64,000 nt of DNA. It comes from Glaucostegus cemiculus (Eukaryota). The notes under the pieces were generated by a model. The model did no database searches. It saw only the letters and a list, made by a program, of their open reading frames with translations, and was not told where the DNA came from. The stretch is from positions 6,386,001 to 6,450,000 of the forward strand of contig CDPCPM010000043.1 of the NCBI GenBank assembly GCA_976551045.1, written 5' to 3'. The position numbers and the translations under genes were made by a program. Positions 36,301-45,300 of the stretch are shown piece by piece (the first letter of the stretch is position 1; every line of letters starts with the position of its first letter).

Positions 36301-39300
36301 TGCAATGACTTAGATGAAGGAACAGAAGCCTAGAAAGTGGAAGCGTTTTGCCCAGTTTCTTTAGATGCAAGTTGCACATAAAAGCACTCAGCTGGGAAAT
36401 AGCCCTGGACACTCCCATAAGAGTTTACCTGCCTTCAGTCATAGTGCTAGTTTCCACTACTGCAGGAAGAAATTGAAACTTTGGCCGGAAGCCTATGACT
36501 TTTGGTGCTCACTTAAAAGAAAACAGGAGCACCTCACCCAAGGTCTGGGAATGAGATAGCATTATCATATTGATGTTTGGTACACAGTATCCCCCAGACT
36601 CAGTGTCCAGTGGTCAGCATCATAGAGACTTAATCACTAGTGTTGCTTTCACAGCTTGCCACCTTTTTATTTAAATAAGATTTGAGCTCTTTGCTGTGGT
36701 CACGGGTTCCTTGATCAGCTTGCACCTGCCTGGGGCTTGGGACCACTCACGGTGTGGGAGTCATTCAAGCCAGTTCACCCTTTGGGATGAATCAATGTTG
36801 TGCGCCATGCCTTCTATTCCCCCTGTTTCCTCGATTCCTTTTCTGCCTCAGTATTGTGGGTACATGGGGACCATTCTTTAATGCTGAGTCATTTCCTAAT
36901 GTTAGCAATGACAGTAGTACAGCTGTAGCTCCTGACCAGAACCTGTAGGTCACGTCTCAGCACGTGAGTTGGTGCGGAAAGCACAGCACTGCTTCTAACA
37001 TTTTTTTGCCCATTTTCACAAATTATTGGGGGAGATGACTGGGCATTAGCCCCATATACAGCACGTGTACTTTGCATCAAGGGAGGTGAACTCCAATTTC
37101 CAGGCAGTGAATATACATATCCAAGTTTGCAGATAACACCCCATTAGGAGGCACTGTAGATTGTGCAGAGAAGTCTGGGAAGGTACAGATTGAAAGGGCA
37201 GATTAGTGACAGGTAGGAACTCAGTAGACGAGGTTCCCATCATTTTTAGCACTGCCTTCATTTCCTTCAGGGAGGATACACTGGAGAGAAAACAGTGCAC
37301 ACTCACCAGGATGATACAGATTCTCAGAGGGTTAATGAAGGGGAAAGGTTGTAGGCACGTGGTTTGTTTTCCATTTCTGCAAGCTAAGGAAGTAGAGAGT
37401 TCAAAGTAAGGTGTTTAAAATGGAAAAAATAAGGATTCATTGTGAAAGGTCCAGATAAAATGATTTCCTTGGCAAAGGAATACGGAAACTTGGGGCACAG
37501 TTTTAAGGTTAGAACTGGGATTTCATGAGAAAAATCAGTAATCACTACACAGAAAGGCAGTGGGAATCAAACCTGAGACTGAAGGATTTTTACAGAGACG
37601 TATAAATGGAATTGAGGTAGAGATCAGTAATGATGTCTTGAATGGTGGAACAGGCTCAAGAAATAGAATGGCCTTCTCTTTCCTTCCTTCCGATGAGTTC
37701 CTGTGGATAGTTAAACTGCAGCGGTGGGGAGAAAGGGGAAGGGAGGGGCATACAGAGTTGGCATTCTGATGGGCAAAGGCTTCTTATGTCATGTGGAGTC
37801 TGAAGAAGGAAGCTGAGAACAGCTGGCGTTGGGTGAGTGTCCTACCTAATTATCTGACCAAGCCATGTGACATTGCCACAGACAGGATGAAACTTCTGAC
37901 AGTGGAGTGGAGCAAGAACATTGGCCTTCAGAGTTCATCGAGCAGTCACTCTTCCATTCAGCACTTTGCAAAACATCTCAACACTCATCACTCAGCTGAC
38001 TGAGTAGACTACAGGGACAGACTTCCTCTCTGAATTCCATCACCTTCAATAGACCGAGCTGTTCAGATAGGGGTAAACTCCACGGGCTGGCGGTCACAGT
38101 GTGGCAGTTGGGGTTGAGATGTGTCTCTGTCCCGGAGCACTTTGACTTTGTACAGATCAGGCCTGCCTGCACAGTCTTTCTCCTCTTGCTAATTCAACAG
38201 CTGATCACTTTATCAATTCACATTGCAGACTGCAGCCTCCTTCACTGATATGGAGAGCCCGACCTCGGCCTATCAGAAGACAACGCCAGTGGAAGCCGGT
38301 GAGTGCTCTCTGAAGTCAGCCTGGGTCAATGGCTGCAGTCAAGTCAAACTTAGAGAGTTGCCAGCCGATTCTAGCACCCTGGATTTTAGCACGGTTCAGT
38401 TTCCTGCCCCTCTCTCTGCCCTTTAAGGGCATGTTAGCCAATAACCAGCACGTGACCAAACTTGAGCCAAACAGGAAACGGTGGAAAAGTATGATAAACC
38501 AAGAGTAAAACTGTCCTTAGTCAGCAGCACAACCTCCACCCTGGAGGTCTCTGGGCAGAACCCCACCCTGGGGGTCACAGTTTTCATCCCCATGCAGGGA
38601 GTCACTGGTCACAACCCCACCCATGGATCACCAGTCACATCCCAACCCCAGGGAACATCTTCATGATTCCATCTGACGGATGGTTGGACGGTGTCATACC
38701 CCTCTCCCAAAGGGACATCAGTCACAACCCTGCCCAAGGAGCTAGGGCATTGGTAACAGCCCTGCCTTGAAGAGGTGTAAGGTGACCAAGGTTTACAGCC
38801 CTGCCCCTTGCAGCAGAATACCATGATTCATCAGCTGAAGCTGCTGTGAATGGCTTTTTACCTTCACTTCCTTCCATGCTCACTGAGGCCAGGGTGATGT
38901 GATAAGGTATAATACATAAGGAGGCTGTGACCTTCCACATGTCAGCTGGCCTGTTTTGCTTATTTCATGCACCACTATTGTGCACGGTCTGTCCTGGAGT
39001 TCCCTGGGCCAAAGCTCCCTTGCCTACCCTCTCTTGGAGTTCTTCATTGGCTTCCTTCTTCCTCCCACTATATCCATCTCTTCATTTCTCTCAGATTTAA
39101 AAAAAATCTTTCCTTCACTCTGCCTGATTATTTGTTCCACTTCATTTTTCTCATTCTAGCTGAATCTATCTTTGTGTGTGTGACAGCTGTGTGAATTTCA
39201 CACTCTTTTCCTTATTTTCTTGCTGTTTTCCTCTGTCCATTTTTCTCACCCTCTTTCTCTCTCCTCTCTCCCATTCTATTCGTCATCCACTCTTCCTTCA

Positions 39301-42300
39301 TTTCTCTTTTTCTCTTTAGTTTTAAACCTCCTCTCTCCCTTTCTCCTTCTCTTCCCCTCATTCTCTATCTTGCTCCCTCTCTCTCTCCCCATCTTGCTTT
39401 TCCTCACTTTGTCCCACTCATTTCCTCAAGATTTCCTTCTCTCTCTATCTTGCTCCCTCAATCTCCCTTTTCCCTCACTCTCTGTCTCACTCCTTCTCCA
39501 CCTTCCCTCTCCCTCAAACCCTCTTTTCCTTTCTCCCTCTATCTGCCTTTACCTCACTCACTTGTCATGCTACCTCTCTCGTTCTTTCCCCCCTCTCTCA
39601 CTCTCTCTCGCTCCCTCTCTCTCTCTCACTGTCTGTCACACTTTGACCACCACCCCCTCCTTCACTCTCTCCCCCTCACTCACCGCTGTTTGTCTGTAGC
39701 TGGCAGCGGTGCAAGGAACCTGAAGTCAAGGTTTGAGAACATGGCTAAAGCCAGTGATGAGGACAACAGGAAGAGAGCAGAGGAGGAGCGTGCCCGGAGA
39801 CAGGCCCGAGAGAAAATGGAGCGGGAAGAAGCACGCAGGAAGCAGCAGGTGAGCTGGGGAGGGGAAAGAGGGTGATTAAAGCAGTTGTTTGCCAGCTGAG
39901 AATGTTAAACCATTCAGGCCAATTTACGGTCAACAGGGTTGCTCTGTGCTGGTGTTGTACCATGCAAGAAAACAGTTTTGATAAAAGGTTACTTCACAGA
40001 AAGAATACAAGGCAGTACAGTGGTGCAGCTAGTAGAGCCGCTGCCTCACAGCACCAGAGACCTGGGTTCAACCCTGACCTTGGGTGCTGCCTGTGTAGAG
40101 TTTGCACATTCTCCCAATGACCACATAGGTTTCTCCTGGGTCCTCTGATTTCCTCCCACATCCCAACAATGAGCAGGTCGACAGGTTAATCGGCTACTGT
40201 AAATTACGAAATGAAAAGGTGAGTGGTGGAATCAGGGGGTGGTAATGAGAAGGTAAGGACAATAAAAAATGAGATTAATGTAGGAATAGTGCAAATGGGT
40301 GGTTGATAGTCAGTGTGAACTCAGTGAGCTGAAGGGTTTGTTTTCATGCTGCATCTCCCTATGACTCTAAACAATACTATTTCTCTCTCCATATATGCTA
40401 CCTGGTCTGCTGGATATTTCGTGGATTTTTTCAGCATCCACATTACAGTAAGACTCCAGACTCACAGATATCCTGGACAATTGAATATTATTTCTATGAA
40501 TATCCTAACACACTTTTAATTCATTTTTTTAGATGTTACAAATTATTATACTAGCAACCCAGATTAAATCCTGTCTTCCACTGCTGTTTACATGGAGTTT
40601 GCATATTTTACCTGTAACTGTGTAGATTTGCTCTAGTGAACAAACAAGGAAGTAAGAACAGGACAAGACCACCTGGCCACTCAAGACTACCCCACCATTC
40701 AATGTGATAGTGGCTGATCTGCCCCAGTCCTCAACTCTTCTTTTGTACCAGTTCCCTGTAGGCCTCAATTCCCCTCTCTTCCAAAAGTTTATCTCCCTCC
40801 TCCCTGAACAGCTCTAATGATCTGGCTTCTATAACCCTCTGGGGTAGAGAATTCCAGAGGTTCTCTAAGAGAAGAAAGTTCCATACAGCACAGTTTTAAA
40901 TGATCATATCTCTCTTCCCCCCCACTTCTCCCCCATCAACTTGTATTCCCAGTTTCCTCCACTTTCCCAAAGATGTGTGGATTGGTAGATTAATTGGCTA
41001 CTGCAAATCACCCCTAGTATGTGGATGAGTGGTAGAATTTGGTGGTGGGGGGGGGAGATTGATGGGATGGAGAATAAAATGGAATTGCTTTTGAATGTTT
41101 GTAAATGGATGCCTTATGGTTGCCACAAACCTGTTGGGCTGAAGTGCCTGTTTCCATGTTGTATAACTCTCTGACTATACTTGCAATGCCCACTACCCAT
41201 GTTCCTTTTTGTACTGATATTTCAGTGCAGTCTCTTGTCAGAACCACAGCTGCATCCATGGGGCACTTTCTCAGTACTGTTCATCAGACAGTCAAATGCA
41301 GCACTCCCTCAGTAGTACCCATCCAACTCTGTAAGCACTTCCTTGATACCACCTCTCCAACCATGTGACACTCAGCAACTACCCTCCATCGTATGGTAGT
41401 GCACCAGAGCATGAATGAAATAAGGGGTCATGTTTTTGGAAGAGATCTGAAGTCATGGGCTTTCAATGGTGACTTGGGCACTTTGTTTCGCTTCATTGTT
41501 AACTCCAAGATCAGTTCTAACTAGCTCTGTGATTCCCCAGTATGGAGAACTTTGAACCAGTAGCCAGATGTTGTGTCGGTCAGTTTATTCAGTGAGAGCC
41601 TCAGTAAAGGTCAGAACAGGGAAGTCTGGTAGAAATGCTACAGGCACAGGTCAAGCCATAGATGGAGTGCAGAGCGCAGATGTAGTCCCCATGTTACCAG
41701 AAGGAATTAATAACATGAGGGAGTATGCAGAGGAAATTAATTAGGCTTTTGTCTCAGTTGAAGATTGAATTAGATAGATTATGTGGACTGTGGTTGTTTT
41801 TATTTTGAACAAACAAGGCTGAAGGGAGATTTAATCAGTATATATAAAATTATTAGAGGCTTTCACTGTGAACAGCAAAGCCTCTGTCAAGTGCCATTGA
41901 CAGAAAGGACAAGAACTGGTAAGCCTAGGTTTGAGATAATTACTGCAAGGTTTTGAGGGCATTTAAATTTTTTGTTTTCACCCAAACTGTGGCGGGGGCT
42001 GGAAACACTGCCTGAACATATGTGGAGCAGGAATCCTCAACCATTAAAAATGTATCTGAATGAGCTCTCAAAAAACTGGGACCCAGCAAGGCAATGGATA
42101 GAGAGCTGGCAAGTGGGGTTAGGCTTTTTTTTAATCTGCATGTACGTAATGGGCTCAATAGCTCCCTCTTTTCTGTAATTTACTGTAGTTCTATATGCTT
42201 ATTCCCAGTTCAGTCCCTCAGCTGTGCCATGCTGGCCATTCACAGACACTGGAGGACTGTAGAGGACCTTGATGCTGCCAATTATAGAGTTAGGGAGAGC

Positions 42301-45300
42301 CAGCCACAGGTTGCACCTGATAGGTTTTCACTATCTCCCCGTATGCAGTCATGAGGGGCCTCTGCAAAGGAATAGCCTGCTCACACTCTGTGTCTGGATT
42401 ATTGATGCTGAGAAGAGCTAAAGCAGGATATTCAGGCTGTTAAAGCAGATACGCAGTCCATTAAGAGCCGGGTACTCTGGGAGTGGTGGAGGTTGTTGAG
42501 GGAGTATGAGGAAGAATACATTAAGAGATGACAAGTAGTGAATTGATGTCAAGTGTGAGGGATCTGGGAGGGGGAAGAATACAAAGGATGAAGCTATGAG
42601 CTCAGGAGTAATTAAGAAATATGCAACAAAATATGAATGAACTAGTGAGGGATAATGAATGAAGACAAGCTTGGCATAAATTGTCAGCATATAACTTTGG
42701 AACTGACTGCTTGCCCGGTGCAGCCAGGTTCATCTTGACCTGTGATTTTTGACCTTCACCCACAGGAACAGATGGAGCAAGAGATTCCAGAACCTGAGAG
42801 TGCAAAACAAATCGCACCAGTTCCTCGGAGGCGGGCTCAGAAACCGGTGGAAGAGCCAGAGCCAGAGCCAGAGCCAGAGCCAGAACCAGAGCCAGAGCCA
42901 GAGCCAGAACCAGAGCCAGAGGAAGCCCAAGTCTGTGATAATCCTGATTCTTATCATGAGGTAATGAACTCCAAGTGTCAGCTCATGAAGCACTGAACAA
43001 TTCACTGGAGGGATTCCGGAGTTGACTTCTTCAAATAATGCTTCGTCAGAGGATAGTTTTGTATATCCTAGATGAAACTTGCAATCACTGCAGAAATTCA
43101 ACTCAAAGCAGCATTAAATTATCACAGAATAGCACAAAATGGAGAAATACACTCACCCTACAGATGTGTGTTTAACCCATTCAGTTCCAGAAAGGAGAGG
43201 TTAGGGCAAATCTTGTGCATGATAACATTTATTTCTCCTGCTCAGGGACATTGTACAAGGAATTTTATTCTGTGTTTAGTGCTTCTCTAACCTTCTTGGG
43301 AGTGCTTGATGCAAGTTTTATTGTATATCTAATTTCTGTTGCTCAATTCTGAAAGTAGTATTGGAATAGTGTGGAGGGAGGCTTATTCTGTACTTAACCT
43401 GTACAGGGAGCTTTACCCAGTCTCTAACCCAAGGATCACATCATCTTGGAATTCCTACCTAAAATGGGAAAGTGATAATTTTTTCTGTGCACAGCTTAGT
43501 CCTCTTAGCACAGATTAGCTATTCTTTCTGGGTGGGAGTGGGGCTTATTATAGCTGGTACTGATGTAGCCTTGGCAGGAATCCACAAACGTATTATTCAG
43601 CGGAGGTCATCAATTTCTGCGGGTTCTTGCCCACTGAAGAGCCAGTTGTAGCCCTTACCAGCAGTACCTCTGAGATCAACTGACTGCAATGTTTAATTCT
43701 CCTGCCTGCGTTCTGCTTTTTTTTCATTACAGGACCTGAATGCAGATGTCTATGAAAATATTTCTGAATGTGTTCACCAGCCAGTACCCAACGAGGATAT
43801 GGAAGATGAGGGAGACTATGAGAAGTTGTTACCGGCCCCTGAAATGAAAATAGAAACACCCAATTCTGGTGAAATGGCCCCTTCACTCCAAAAATGGGGC
43901 CTATTTATTTTGAGTGATAATGTGCTGCTTCGTTGTGCTATATTGGGCTTATGAGTGGCTTGGTTGCTGATGGACATTGGGAATACAGAATAAGATCATT
44001 CAGTTCTATAAGTTATAATAGTTCCTGTGCTACTGGTTCAGGTGAGAGATGGGGGTGGCGTGGGATAGTTTTGGAGGGCAGCAAGTTTCAAGTGGCAGCA
44101 GTTCAGTAGTGAAGATGTGGATAAATATCTTGTGAAATGCTTGTGTTTCAGAGGGTTTTACTGCAAAATTTTCTGTCAGTTGGTTAAATGGCTGGGTAAG
44201 ATGGATGGACCATGGAAGATTAAATAAGTGAGAAATGGAGTAAATGATGTTGGGGGGAAAGGTAGAGATGGGGATTAAGGGAGAAGGATGGGGGTGAGTA
44301 TTATTGAGGGCTATCAGGAGGAAGGTGAGGATGGGAACATGGAGAGAAGATGTGGTTGTGAATCTGGGAGGTAGGTATAGATTGAAATCCAGGGCAAAGG
44401 TGGGTTGGTGGAAGTAGGGAAAAGGTAGGAAGGAAGTAGCTTGATCAGATGGTGAATATGAGAGGTCAAAATGGACAAAGAGAGTCCTTAAAATGTAGCC
44501 TATTCTTAAAAATCTTTGCTTTACAATTTGTTCACAGATGCTGAGAATGTTTACGACATTGCCAGTGCTGGTGTGACTGCAGTAGCTTTGTATGATTATC
44601 AAGGAGGTAGGTCAGTGATGAAAAATAAATGGAACTGTTAGACAACATATTTGAATATTTCCCTTCTCTCAGGATTCCTCTATCCATTCCCTGACAGAGA
44701 GTGGGAGCGGTAAGCTGTTCCCTCTGGACTGACAATTGCCACTTGGCAGCTGGCTATTTGCAGAAGAACATTGAATCAGCTCCCTCCAATCTGTTCTGCC
44801 AATTTATGATCTTTTACTATTCCATATTCACTCCCTTTTCTCCACATTGCTCAGTTCAAAAATCTAGCAGTCCTAAATTGTGTACATTCCATTTGAAGCC
44901 CAGAATCCAAATCTTTGAGGGGAAGAATATTGCAGATTCCCATTTTTATGTAGAAATAAATTTGCTTCCTGATTTCACTTTTAAAAGGGTAAAATCTAAC
45001 GACAAGATTATGCCAATTATTGTAGAATGGCTCCTTTCAGTCCTGCTACCACTCCATGACTGTGTGAGTAAAACCCTGAGATTGATGGGATCTGAGTGTC
45101 CTAGTGCATGATTCGTAAAAGGCTAGAATTCAGTAACTGCAAGTAATTAGGAAAGCTAATAAAATGTTATTGTTTATTGCTGGAGGATTAAATACAAAAG
45201 TAGGAAGGTCGTGTTTCAGTTAAATACCTTACTAATGAGACCACCTCTGGAGTACTGTGTGCAGATTCACTCTCCTTATTTAAGGAAGGATGTTAATGCA

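Noticed and set aside
40010-40085. tRNA gene
   Set aside because: The A/B boxes belong to a SINE head that continues into a V-domain; I could not fold a cloverleaf.
42730-43101. - strand ORF with a WLWFWLWL repeat, and + strand SQSQ frame
   Set aside because: Alternative frames of the (GARCCA)11 microsatellite in an HCLS1 exon.
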